From Lingula anatina (taxonomy: Eukaryota; Animalia; Brachiopoda), in NCBI GenBank assembly GCA_051362555.1, contig CM120640.1:43874788-43938787 (forward strand): a stretch of 64,000 nucleotides of DNA. Reading direction: 5' to 3'. The notes beneath the pieces were generated by a model. That model worked only from the letters and a program-made list of their open reading frames with translations, did no database searches and had not been told where the DNA came from. Position 1 is the stretch's first letter. The number at the start of each line of letters is the position of its first letter. A program made the position numbers and the translations under genes. Below are positions 50,930 to 63,393 of the stretch, piece by piece.

Positions 50930-51740
50930 CACCTGGAAAGCCAGGTCTATTGGCCCTAATCAAGGATGAAAGTTTATGACGGCTGCCGAAATATTGTAGA
51001 TGATACCTGCAAATTTTGCATAGTCCTTGGTAAGATGATAATTATCCTTTTTACGTTTTGCTAAGAAGAGCTAATGGAGCTTTTCTCTCCTTAACATCCT
51101 GGCAAAGAAAACAAACGTGAAGAGCATGATTCGTACATTTTTCACAGTGCCTTCATGCACTTTAGTGGGGCGACTCATTGAACTGAATTCCACGTTTACT
51201 TACACTCATTGATTCTGAAAAAGCTTTTGACAGCCTACACCACAGGGTTCCATGTCTGATTAGAACTGTAATAGCATGGCAAAGAAATTTTAGTATCTAG
51301 AGAGTAAGAAAGATGTATCACCAATCTACATTTAGAGCTATACATAATGGGTGTCTCACGAAATAGTTTACAAGTCATTCTGACGTTGTATATATGCACA
51401 GTTTCATAATTCAAATCACAGCACATATAAATAACAGTGGTGAGGTAGACATCCATCCCTTACCCCTGTGGGCAATGGAAATATGACGTGACCGATACTG
51501 ATGCAGGCAAGAGGAAAGGCAGAGCAAGATCTACATTTATTACTCGAAGACATATTCGAATGTCAAACAAAATGTTTTCAAACTTAAAGAAAACAGAAAG
51601 TTTCAATATACGGAGTATGGACATGGGGTGCAGTTTGAAAAAATGTCGGCTGGAATGACAACAAGCTGAACAATCTCGCCAGATGTCTTTAGATAGGAAG
51701 CCTTTGTCCTCGACTCCCTAAGGGAAAGGGCGAAGGAATG
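50930..51740 (+). mobile_element. Highly eroded non-LTR retrotransposon (RTE-like) remnant
   Basis: 51208-51243 translates IDSEKAFDSLHH (RT motif FID[FY]EKAFDS); about 51490-51590 translates TDTDAGKRKGRARSTFITRRHI, resembling the post-RT RIGKARxAFxxLxxIW segment of RTE elements. Confidence 0.6.
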
Positions 51741-52586
51741 TATTGCTGTCTAAAAATGTCTTTGACACAGCAGTTGCACCACTTTTATCTGTAATATAAA
51801 AAAACGTTGAAATATATGTGAAAAGGGAAGGTAAAAGATGCACATTAACACTCGGAACTCACGTAACTTAAATCAAAGTAGCCATGAGTAATTCTCAATC
51901 TGTATGAGCACAAATGCCAAATGCGTGATGCTACTACATGTAGGTATTCCTGCTTTCATACGTGCGAATATCTGAAAGGTGAAAGCCTGTGTGGCAAATG
52001 TAAAACAAGAGATGCCTGAGCAACGGAACTATTTTAAAATGAGAAGACTCGTTGCTAATCTATACCGACTCAAGGGAAAAATCCAACCGGCATTTTCTCA
52101 TGATCTTAAACCTGATCAAAAAGATCGGATTCTTGCATACCTTCCGGATCAGGATTGTGCTTTGTATTCCCCACTCCCCACCTCAGGTACGTCAGTTCTG
52201 TGTTTCAAAGATGTGCATTTCCTTCACATTGTTTTAATTGCATACGTTGTCAGCGCTATCGACACAATCAACTTAGACGTATTGAAATAGACGGGGGTTT
52301 TATGAGACTAAATCATTAAGTTCTCTTTGTAAATGCAAATGCGGGATTTTAAAGAGTCTAAAGGGGAACGGAATAAAGGCCAAGTAGTGATGCAATATGT
52401 CTTATTTTCTATTTAATAGAATAGAATATACGTCCCTATAGTATAATTGAATACAGGGTTTAAGTGCACTGTCCCAGAGGTGACCCTGTATCGAAATTTT
52501 GGGGGGAGAAAATGACATCAGGGCAGCAATCAAAATGTTCAAAACGGTTAATTAAACTAAATGAATGCACTTAATCATTACCATTC

Positions 52587-52587
<1 letters not shown>

Positions 52588-52632
<45 letters not shown>
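52588..52632. repeat. (AAT)15 microsatellite
   Basis: Read directly. Confidence 0.95.
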
Positions 52633-52634
<2 letters not shown>

Positions 52635-52850
52635 TAGTAGCAGAAGTAATAGTTGTAGTAACTTTGGATAATCTACTTTCTCGTTTAATTGCACCGTAAG
52701 CGCATGAAAGTTCTCAATGTGTATTGTTTTTAAAATCCGTGATCATGTAACAAAACAGTTATACACTTAGTGTTTCTGTCACTTAATGCTGATATTCGAC
52801 CCGAATAATTGCCGTTAGATAGCCTCACCCAAAGTCAATAAGAGGACATT

Positions 52851-53437
52851 GGGCCATTCAGAATGGAAGATCCGAGTATCAACTGGTCCAGGGATCAAAT
52901 ATGGCGGACAATATATGAAAGGAAGACCGCTTAATAATTCACAACAGATGATTCTCGGGTCTACTGATCCGCTGATCAAAGACTGCATTCCCACAGATTT
53001 TAGATCGATCTTTCCCTGTGGGGAGTCTCACTAGATTACTGTCAGCTTAGTCGGTTTAAATGTCTGTCCCGCCTACTAAAAGCTGTAAGGGGGTAATTAA
53101 CTATAGTGCGCGCTCGGCCAACAACAATTTAGCGTGAACCCCCAGGGAGTTAGGTCGATCCAGTTGGATCGATCTAAATCTGTGGGAATGCAGTCAAATA
53201 TGGCGGACCCTTCATGGAAATAGAGCTGACTAATCCGCTGATGATCTCCTCGCCTCTGCACGCACCATTAAGCGGATTAAATCGCGTCTCCGAGGTTTAA
53301 TTGCTAGATCCCTGCAAGGAAGTCGCATGTGGAGGCGGGGAAACATTCAGCGGATTAGTCGGTTCTGCTTTAATGTTGGTCGTCCATATTTGATCCGCGG
53401 ATCAGTAGATCCTCGGACTTCTGTTCTGAATGGCCTC
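52851..53437. mobile_element. Composite MITE cluster (outer element with a nested related element)
   Basis: Outer TIRs GGCCATTCAGAA…TTCTGAATGGCC with GATCAAATATGG arms; internal core shared, in opposite orientation, with the copy at 63105-63393. Confidence 0.8.
52981..53195. mobile_element. Nested 215-bp MITE with AAA target-site duplication
   Basis: TIRs GACTGCATTCCCACAGATTT(T)AGATCGATC differ by one indel; AAA on both sides; removing it restores the host motif GATCAAATATGGCGGAC. Confidence 0.88.
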
Positions 53438-54643
53438 TAAGTGTATAATGTTGCCAACTCGGAACTAAGTGGGAGGAAAACACCCAGCCTGTAGCTCTTC
53501 CTTCACTCGACAAATTCTGGGTTTTCCTTCCCACCATACCATCTTCTTCAGCTTTTTTCCACAGCGAAAATGTTTTTACGTGACTTATGACTTAGGGTCT
53601 GTTACCACACAGGTAATGGGCTTTTAACTCATTAATTGTCCTAAGCTTACTTTCGCCCTCCCTATAGCACGTTCTTTGACAACGGATGCTTGATTATGTA
53701 GTTTGGGCTGGGTGCAGTATGTACAGGTAGAAAACTCATCAAAAGCCACATTTTTTAGTTTTGGTTAAAATATCATTTAATCGGTTAATTCAACGTTATT
53801 ATAAACACAAAGAAACAGGTTAAAACTTTTGTCCCTCTCTTGACGCCTTAATCTACCACAAATTGTTATTAGTCTGACTTTCAATCACGAGACTATACAC
53901 ACTGGGAATAAATCTAAATCAACAAACACTGAAAGACAGCAAATGGTGAAATGAAGGGAAAATGAAAAACGAAAGGCCAGATTCGAAACAGTTCCAATCT
54001 AGCCTTTCGTCCAACCTTAGGCAGACCTAATTTGAATTAACAGTGTTTTTTTTTCTTTTCGAGACCAAAGTCAAACGATCGGAGTTTAACTATTTTTAGA
54101 CGACAATATTTCTAAAAACGCCACAAGTCTTGAAGTTACGCAGACGATTGCAATATGTATTTCCTGTTATGGCATTTGCACTGGCTTTGTGAAACGTTGA
54201 TGCCAGTCGTCTACTTAGGAAACCAGCAAAGATGTTTAAGACGGAATTTGAAAAAGACATGGGAGGCTTCATCCGATCCGCTTCTTTGGTGGTTTCAGGT
54301 TATTTTCAGTCCGATCTGATAAAGCCTTCGTTACCAAGTATTATTTGTCACATAATATTTCTGCACGCCCCGGTATATATATACTGAAATTATCTTGCCA
54401 TGAATTTATTTTCACTACATTTGATAAATCGTTTCAGTGTTCCTAATTTTTTCAAATGTTAAAAGTGTTACATCTTTATACATATATATAAATATAAATA
54501 TATATCCTATTGTTAAAAGCTACATCACTAATCACACAGACAACTTTATTAATTCAGATTAATAACCAAGACCAAAAGTTGTCTTTCCTTCATACTTTGA
54601 TGGAAATCGTTATAATAAAACACATAGAGCACTGTGGTAGGAA

Positions 54644-54702
54644 GAATAGGGCACAGTGAGAGGAAATAAGGTTCCTATATTTCTCCTCACTTTGCCCTAT
54701 TC
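54644..54702. repeat. 59-nt hairpin (about 25-bp stem)
   Basis: GAATAGGGCACAGTGAGAGGAAATA versus TATTTCTCCTCACTTTGCCCTATTC. Confidence 0.75.
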
Positions 54703-54788
54703 CCAGCAAAAACAGAACGTTATTGTAACGTTATCATAATGTTTATGTAACCAAAAAACGTTATGGTAACGTAATAAAAGGTTCTGGG
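54702..54788. repeat. Remnant of a CCCAG-terminated element with AACGTTAT subrepeats (probable non-autonomous DNA transposon)
   Basis: Starts CCCAGCAAAAAC, ends CTGGG, contains several AACGTTAT/AACGTAAT units. Confidence 0.4.
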
Positions 54789-57700
54789 TTCTTAGTAGTA
54801 CACTCGGGGTTGTGATCTACTTGTTAAGTAGTGCACAATAACAAGTAATGACTTGTCTAAGTATTTGAAATCCGATGCATGTACCAATCGACGTAAAGAG
54901 GACCTAACACTTATTTCAGATAAAGATAATCAAACAGTGGGTGTTTAAGAACTGTGTGCGTGTCGTACGTTTATCCAACGAAAAAAAAATCAAACATCAT
55001 TGCACTTAAAATGAAACGAACGTACTAGGTACCTTGAACTTGATGCTAGACAGTGGCGTTTGCAGCACGAAGCGGAAATGAGGACGCGCTATTGTTATAT
55101 TGTACAATATTCACACCAGTGAAGTCACAGATTCTAAATGTGATAGCGTTGGCTTTATAATATAAACATGGTTAGTAAATTATGTCACGTTCGTTGAACA
55201 TGTCTTGGAAGGCATAGCTCACTGGTGGCGTGTGCATCATCTATTGCACAAACAAATACGTTTGATTAATATAGGCACGGAATGAACGCAATTTTAACGA
55301 ACTGACCAAGACAACTTGCTCCTTCAATACGACAGGGAAAGATGATACATGGGGTGAACATTTACAAAATCCGTACGGAACTTCAAGATTTTGTTTACTA
55401 AAAATGACCCCTTCAATATAGCTTAAAGTTTCTTATGGCATTTAGAATAAAAATGAACGTCAATAAATACAATGCAAAAATTAAAAGTTTTGCACTTTCG
55501 TGGATGATACCCTTTTTTTCAATGGATTTTATGGATTATACTTAAATATGTTTCTAAAAGTATTCAGATGGACTTCCGGAACGCTTCATTCCGGCATTGC
55601 GTTTTAGTCTATGGTTTTTTAATAAAATCCCACAGGATTAATACAAAAATAATACCGTCAAATCTGTTACAATGTACATGTATGTGTCAGATGCTACATC
55701 ACAAAGTAGTATTGAGTGAAATTTTATTGAATTTCTATGTATAATTAAAGAGTTATTGATGTCTATTTGGCAAGTTTGAAGGATGTGCAGGCACTGCACA
55801 CGGATCTCTCCCAATTAGACCATGTTTTACATCTGACTAAATTGATTCGTCAAGTTCAAGTACTTGCCAAGTGATATCACCAATTCTGTCACAATAACTT
55901 TGGGATAATGTTTCCTATGTGGCAAATGATAAATGTGTTGTGCAAAAGAAAGAGACTATTCTCTAAGAAATGCGCTATTGTGGGCATAGATCTATATGGA
56001 GGGATTTATATGATTTTATTTAATATTACAATACTGCAACATTTTAATGTTCAAATCCAATGCCAAGACGACACAGATCTTGTGTTCAAGAATATCTTTA
56101 TATTCTTTGTATAACATAAAACATAAGCAAATGTTACAAATACATGTTTCCATTAAAACTATATTTTATAACAGTATTAGCAAGAAAAATCCAAATACGG
56201 TCTCTTTCCCCCCACATAATATACATGTACAATCAGTTCAATCCATTAATTAACAAAAAAATTAAGGGCAAATAGTAACTTACGATAGATATATATTCTA
56301 AATTATCTTCAGCATATACGTACTATATACAAATTTTAGAAGGATGATTTACCAGAAGTATAGTATTATATTTACGAAGAAACATCTGACAAGAGTAGAA
56401 AGCAGCTGTTTTTACAAGCGTTGATTGGTGCTATTGTTATTATACAACTTTAAGTAGTCAACAGTATTTGATAAAAATACAAAAATTTGACCAACAATTG
56501 GGAACATCCGAGGTAGCTGGAAGGCACGAAAATTAGTCTAAAAAATCAAGGGAAGTTATAAATCTACGGGATTAAATAGAAAATAACCTTCATCGGCTGC
56601 AAGAGCGCGTAGCGGATGGGGGATACAGTCGGTTTAGTTTTGCCAATGCTAATATAAAACTGAACACAGCTTTCACTTCACAGTGATCGCGACTTGCTTT
56701 TGCGAATTCGAGTCAGCATCACATATCACATGCAGGATCTCGCGAGACTGGTGAGGTAAAAATGAAAGGTGACAGAAACCATCCTTAGTTTCCTTAATTC
56801 TGTCTAGTTTTAATGTGTTGAACAACAATTTAACACACACTTTTTGTGTTACCTGAGTTTTTTTCTTTTACGACACATAAAGTTTCATCCCTTTTTTCGT
56901 GGACCCTAATTTTTTTTCGGCCACGCCCGGCGTCACATACTGCCTTTAGCCTCAGTTTCGGCTATCTTGGATGTTCCCATTAAACCACTTTAAACTGGTT
57001 ATTCACTTAAGTTTTCTCTTGAATCGCCATTATACCTTTACGTTAAAGTCAATTTAATACAAATATACATCAAAGGTCACATCAATATATATTGGTCACA
57101 TCGATAAATATGGTTAAGGGGTTCGATAGGCTATAAGAACATACAATTGACAGATAATTTTTTCCATGTTTCTTCTATGTGAAATATTTATCTTTATATA
57201 AGTGCAATAAAAATAAACACTTTTGGAGCGCATACCCCCTCTCTTGTTGCTTTATTAACCATCCCACGCAATTCTGCCCAAAGGGTGACCAAGCATAAAT
57301 TGTCAATTTTGTTGCTTTGTAAATTTGTAAGATAGTGATCGATTTCTGAAATAATAACTGATAAATAAGGTGTTTTCATAGAAATTGGCGTGGTCGACCA
57401 TTAGGGTTTGAACTCCAATCCGCCCCCAGCGTTATTTGTTTTAGATATTTGTTCAGGATAAATGAGCCCCTAATTAGGATGTTTCAGTAAACAAATGCAT
57501 TATTTTGCCTCTGTGGCGATAAAAAAGAAGTGAACATTTCAAGAATGATTCCTGGCTCGACATTGTAGTACTTATTGTTGAAATTAATCGGGCATTAAAA
57601 AGGTGTTGATGGCTGTACAGGTGAGGGAGATATGTTTGAAATCAATGTTACAGTTTTCACCCCAAACTTGGCTGAAATGCCATCAATTCGAGTTGACAAA

Positions 57701-58561
57701 CTCACCCGATGTTAATTTGCTAGGACAGAACTATTTCATTACATGGCAATTTTTATTTCCGCATTATCTAAGCGGATAAGGGAAATCCATCGATCCGCCC
57801 TAGGTTCTCTTAATATAGCATTATAGTCAATTTTTGAATGGCTGCTTCTCTTTTTTTTTTCAGAAAGCACAGAAAGATAGTGATACGGCCATTTAGTCAA
57901 TTAGACCGGAAGAAAATAGCGTTTTGTGATAAAACTCGTTAAACATCCTCAGTTTTTACATCAGGCTTTCATCAAAGTACCGACGCCTTGTTCTCATTAC
58001 AGTCCTCACGAACCCGTGTGCATGTGTTCTTAGGTAGCTACCGCAACTGACTTCGTAGGCGCCTGACACATACAAGCCTGCACATCCTTTCATCCCTTTC
58101 TCACGTGTTTTCAACACCTTTGTTTCCCAGAGAGTCAGTGTAAGCTTTTTGACCAACTCTACTCATTGGCAAGTATTTTCACCCACTGGGGTCCTGCAAA
58201 ACGATGGAGGTACTTTTTTTGTCCTCCTACAACAATGTCTGGAAAGCACCTGTGAGAGTACTTGTGGGGCACCTGTGAACCTGTAACTCAGACGTCATCA
58301 GCTCATATCTGAGACAATCCCGTCATGGTTGCTTCTTTATTATATTATTTTCTTCAGTTTACTTTTTTTTCATTGATGGTAGTGTCCTCCTTCCAAGAGC
58401 ACTTTGCTAGAACACTTTTCAGTTAACTTTGAGTCAGGTTTGTTTTCAAATACTTTCATATTGTTAATGACAACATCAATTTTCAAAGGGTCTGTTCAAT
58501 GTGAACCGCGTGTTCGTACAAAAAGTACTGTCTCGCTGAACGCCACACTTTAATTCGGCAT

Positions 58562-61500
58562 TCAGTTTTGGTCTGACATCGCCGAAGCAGTTATTGGCAT
58601 TTTCCCCAACTCCACTCTCGAGTAGGCCACAGGGGGACTTCCACGGTTGACGCTACCTCGCGTGAAAAACGTAGATCTGGTTGTGTTGGATCCCGTACGT
58701 GCACGGACTCCTGAGCTTGATTTCTGTGTACACTTCGCGTTGAAGATCAGAAAGATATATGGGTTGACCACGGAGTTGGCGACTGCAGCGGAACCAAATA
58801 TGCCGTACCAGATAGGGTCAACGTTGGCCGTGATGTAGGTGACTATCATCTCCATAACATGGTATGGGGTGCTGCACAAGATAAACACAGCCACAATGAC
58901 TATGGTCATGATGAGCGTCTTGGTCTTAGCTTTTTCTATTGAAGTCGACGGAGTAGACTGCAAGTAAACTCGATCACTTTTTCGGTCGGGTTGATGCACA
59001 ATCTTGGCCGGTTTCTGGGGCAGACGCTGTTGGTTCGCTTTTCTTGATATTTTCAAAAAAATGCTTAGGTAACAGAATAAAAGTAACAACAATGGGATGA
59101 AAAACACTACCAGAGAAACGAAGGTGACGTAAGCTTGGCGGTGCCACTTGGGTTTATATCGGAACTGGTTCTCACACCTGCTGATCCCGTCGTCGTCACG
59201 CGTGTGGAACAGAAAGAGCTGCGGGAGCGACAGCAGCGCCGCCGCACCCCATCCAATGGCGGCGGTTACCCAAACCTTTAAAGAGAAATCGGTCATATTA
59301 TAAAGGAAAACTAAAAAGGGGGGAAATGCACACATTCTTTTAAGCCGTTATGACTGAAATTATATTTTACAATGGAATGTAATTTCGATCATAAAATCTT
59401 CATGGTATTGCCTCTGGCACTTTCTGACTCCATATCTTTTGTAACATCCCTGTGTCGCTCAATTAAAAGTTAAGTAGTTCCGGGAAGTGTAGAACAGTTT
59501 CATTTGCGATGTTATTGTAATAGACTTGTGAAGATTCTTTTGTCTATAGCTACTTACACTTGTCAGACGAAATTTTGGCTGGTAAGACCAGACAAATAAA
59601 AGTAACTATAGACAAAAGAATCTTCACAAGTTAATTCCGGGCAGGTTTTTAGAGATTTCTCTTGTAATCGTTGCGATTTGTATTATGATGCATGAATTGG
59701 CCTCTGCGACAAATATGTACTTATTATCCAAAAGTTTAAAATATGGTTTATTTTCCTTTTTGAGATTCCAGGCGCCACGCACTTTCGCGGTTGGACAAAC
59801 CTAAATGTTTTGACTTTGGATAACAAATAATTCTGTAAATTCGATCAAGATTATGTATTATATCCAAAAGCAATTTGTTTAATACGTCCTTCTGTAACCT
59901 TGTTTGAAAGGGTTGAGGTTGTATTCTGATTTGCAATCGTCATGCTGAAGACGATAAAACACTTAATTCCGGCCTTGTATTTGGACTATCATTATTATTG
60001 AACATCGAATCAATGTTATTACAGTAACTGAGTCAAAACTTTCATGTTTGAAGCCAATATTAAGTAGTTATACATCATTGAACCATGTTCGATAGTTTTT
60101 AAGAAATTCAAATTTCGGTGCGTTTTTCCATCCGATATCATAAAGGAAATGCAATCACATAAGCTAAGGTTTTCAGAACAGCTTTTGACATAACAGGCGA
60201 AAATAATTACCTCATACTTAAGATAAACCAAGGAAGCACAGAAACATTTATCTGGTCGATTGCAATCTGCCAAGAAGTATGTACGCTCGAAGTTTGGGCT
60301 TAGCCGATGTGTTGAATGGAAATCAAATGCCCTTAATCAGTTGCCAATCGCATTAAAAGGCCTATTAATTCATTCGACTGAATATTCTGGCATTTATACA
60401 GGCACATAACCGAGACATGCTTAAAGAGACCGCTTGTGGGCTTTGTGGGATCGTGGGAACCTGTTATTCTTTCTAAAGACTTTTTGCACACTTTACGAAG
60501 TGAAATTACAAGACGTGCTCAAAACTTGCACTGTGCGTTAACTGACAATAAGATAAATGCATTGATCGCTCTCTCGACTGGGGCTCAACGAAGAAAAAGA
60601 ATCAAACACAAATATTCGAAGATTAATTTTGAGTTTGGGTCACCATTCAGTTATGATCTTCAATGCCTGAAAATTATTGATGACGCCGAGAATATGAATG
60701 AATACGAATGGTCTCTTAAAGCACTAGACCTATGATCAATAAGATCAGCTCTGCTTTTCTTGGGTCAGCATTTTAACGACCTAAGAATGACACTGAGTCA
60801 GTCAGATGATAAAAACGACGCAGTATGCAAAATAAAATTGTTCGGGCCTTGCCCACGAAATAGATCACTGAATGTCAACGTAAAATTTGAAAAAAAAAAA
60901 AAATAAATAAATAAATAAATAAAATAAAAAAGATTGTCAAAATTTTTTTTAAAAAGTTGCGTAACTATATGACTTTAACATCAGTTACAGACCCAAAGAC
61001 ATTTCACAGAAATGTGGGATTGTTTCCTTCGATCAACCGCAAAAAGCACGTTTAAGCAATCTACACTGAACAAGTAAATGAGACCAAGATTATAAACAAA
61101 AATCAACATGAAGCCTAAAACAAAACAAAAGAACAAAACAGCCATTTTCTTGCCATGTCTAAAAACTACGAGTGAGAACGGTATACTAATAACATGCAAA
61201 AAAATATTTACCGGATTGTGTCTCCGAAGCGGTGAACGGATTGCTTGGTGACGATCGAAGGCCAGAACGAGAAGCATAGCAGAACTGGCCATCATGGAAA
61301 ACCCCTGGAGAAATTTTATGAATCTGCACATGAATTCCCCTGCCAGCCACTCTCTCTCAGGAATGCTCTCCCAGATAAATTGCGACACACAACATACGTC
61401 TATGACCAACCAATCCGCCAGCGTAACGTGAAGAATGAGACGGTTCACTCTGGATTTTCGTCGCCTTTGGCACCATAGCCAGGTGAACGCCGCGACGCAG

Positions 61501-61658
61501 CCGATTGTACCAACTATAATGAACACTAAAAGAGATATTACTCGACTTGCGACGTGAAACACTGCATCTGATGGACTGAGGGTATCTGAGCCATCACTGT
61601 TATTTCCTGAATTACCCTCAGAAGCATTCACCTCTACGACTAGCGAAGTCAGATTCAT
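58562..61658 (-). CDS. Rhodopsin-class neuropeptide GPCR of the vasopressin/GnRH/CCAP/achatin-receptor-related group, about 386 aa
   Basis: Exon 61212-61658: MNLTS start with N-glycosylation sequons NLT/NAS/NNS; TM1-3, KSRVN, LAD, W-x-x-G-x-x-x-C in ECL1, DRH; donor GTAAAT. Exon 58562-59275: acceptor TTTCTCTTTAAAG; TM4 W…SLPQ, ECL2 Cys, TM5 FFIP, KAKTKTLIMT, TM6 CSTPY, TM7 NSVVNPYIF. A further acceptor at 61732-61734 implies an upstream exon. Confidence 0.93.
59524..59631. repeat. Foldback element with a perfect 26-bp inverted repeat in the GPCR intron
   Basis: ACTTGTGAAGATTCTTTTGTCTATAG (59524-59549) and its exact reverse complement (59606-59631). Confidence 0.9.
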
Positions 61659-63104
61659 GGCGATATCTGTGAGAATTTTTCCCTCCAAATGCGTGAAGTC
61701 CAACAACGACAGAAACCTTCTTTGCGTTGATCTGCAAATGAAGAAAATAAATATTACGTTTCAGGTAATAGGCTTATATATTTATGACCAATCTACGCAA
61801 CAAATTTCCTTGGTAATTGAGCCCCTTATGTTTTCTCAAATAATGATCACGTCTGTGTCATGCACTGTCCAAAACCTGAAGTTAGGTATAGAGGATTTGC
61901 AGACATCCAATCTCATTATAACTTTTTTCCTTCGCAAAACATATTATTAGAAGCGCTAATGTAATTCATAGAAAGGCGTCTACTTAACAGTAATTCGTCT
62001 TTCTCAGTCTGAGAAGTACGTGGGCTGTGACTGAACACCCCTCGTGTATATATATATACAAAAAATTTCCTTCGCCATTGTTCTTGCTTATACCGTGGGC
62101 TATCCTTGGCATCCCCGGGACCTTCTAAGCTTCATAAGTCAGTTTGAATATAGATACACCGATCGAACCAAAAAAAAAAAAAAAAAAATCCTCCTGCAAC
62201 CCACCCCGATACATCTGTGTATACTTGATGTCGATAAGCAAATTTTTCCTGGAAATATGTGTTGTTGCTATCTTACTTTCTCGTGCTTGACACCTTCATT
62301 CCCGAATCCAATCAGGCCTTTTTACATTTATCGAACATTGAATTCATAATTGCCAAAATGAGATCATTTTCAAACATGTCTTATTGCTTACTGATAGTAT
62401 GAATGAATGAAAACTAGTCAATCCACTGTAATAAGTTGCAGACCTTTTTTCACTTTGACCAGAAAGACTTGTTCACTAGCAACTTTTTCACGCACAATGA
62501 AACTCCACTGGCTTAATGCAAAACATTAGTGCCAGTAGGTGGGAAGCAAAAATATAACTTTTATAAATAAAATTAGGTGAAACAGATTTCGTCACTGAAA
62601 GAAAATCTTGCAGGTTTTAAATGCTAAATGCATGTTTTGCACACACACCCGCTTAGTACGGAATTTCTAATTGTTAACAGTAACAGGGTTTCTTTTATAG
62701 GCAGCGCATGGCATGTCTAAATATATACATCTGGGACTTAATTTCCGGTAGTACAGTTAATTAAGGGGACAGCAAGTTCCAAGGACACACGTTCTCAAGA
62801 ACCGAGGAGCCATGGTATCTTGGGAGCAGCCTATACCTGGACACCAGACTGTCGCCGCAGTCTAAGCTGAATGGCGTCTATGCATCTGATACTCGTCTAA
62901 GACGATGATGTTAGAATATTTCATTTTTGTATGCGCTGTTAAAAATTAAAGGATCTCCGTTCTCGTAACACCGTTATGACAGATGCTTTATTTTTTCAAA
63001 GAAAGCTAATACAACAAATTTATATATTAGCCTATAACTACCGATATGGCATGTTTCTGTTAGTATGGCTATATTAATAATGCCAGCTAAGGTAGCGAAA
63101 CTTT

Positions 63105-63393
63105 GAGTGCATTCGGAACAAGTTGATCCGCAGACTAACAGGTCTGGGGACTAAATATGGCCGACCCACTTAAAAATAGTGCCGCTAATCCCCCGCTGGT
63201 CACCCCGTCTCCACACGCGCCATCGCCGCAAGGGTCTTGCAATTAAACCTCAGAGCCGAGATTTAATCCGTTGAATGGAGCATGTGGAGGCGGGGAGACC
63301 ATCAGGGGTATAGGTGTCTTGCTTTTAGGTGGGGTCGGCCATACTAAGTCGGTGGATCAGTTAGTCCGCAGTTCATCTGTTTTGAATGCGCTC
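63105..63393. mobile_element. Palindromic MITE, family copy 4
   Basis: Ends GAGTGCATTC…GAATGCGCTC; TTT/TTT flanks; AAATATGGCCGACCCAC arms; core GCAATTAAACCTC…GATTTAATCCG is the reverse complement of about 53272-53315. Confidence 0.82.

Noticed and set aside
51979-52290. 103-aa ORF (MKACVANVKQEMPEQRNYF…)
   Set aside because: Non-ATG start, no recognisable family and no convincing exon chain; possibly a repeat remnant.
56661-56680. TGAACACAGCT, matching the 5' end of miR-317
   Set aside because: The 3' half does not match and I see no convincing precursor.
61659-61706. ORF-track start at 61706 for the GPCR and its C-terminal run to 60981
   Set aside because: The start is a non-ATG codon and the tail reads into the intron after the donor at 61210-61211. 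ATG 61658 fits better, although an N-terminal extension from an upstream exon is not excluded.
63087-63100. CTAAGGTAGCGAAA, resembling the LSU rRNA homing-endonuclease/R2 target region
   Set aside because: Only 14 nt and no flanking rRNA similarity; chance match.
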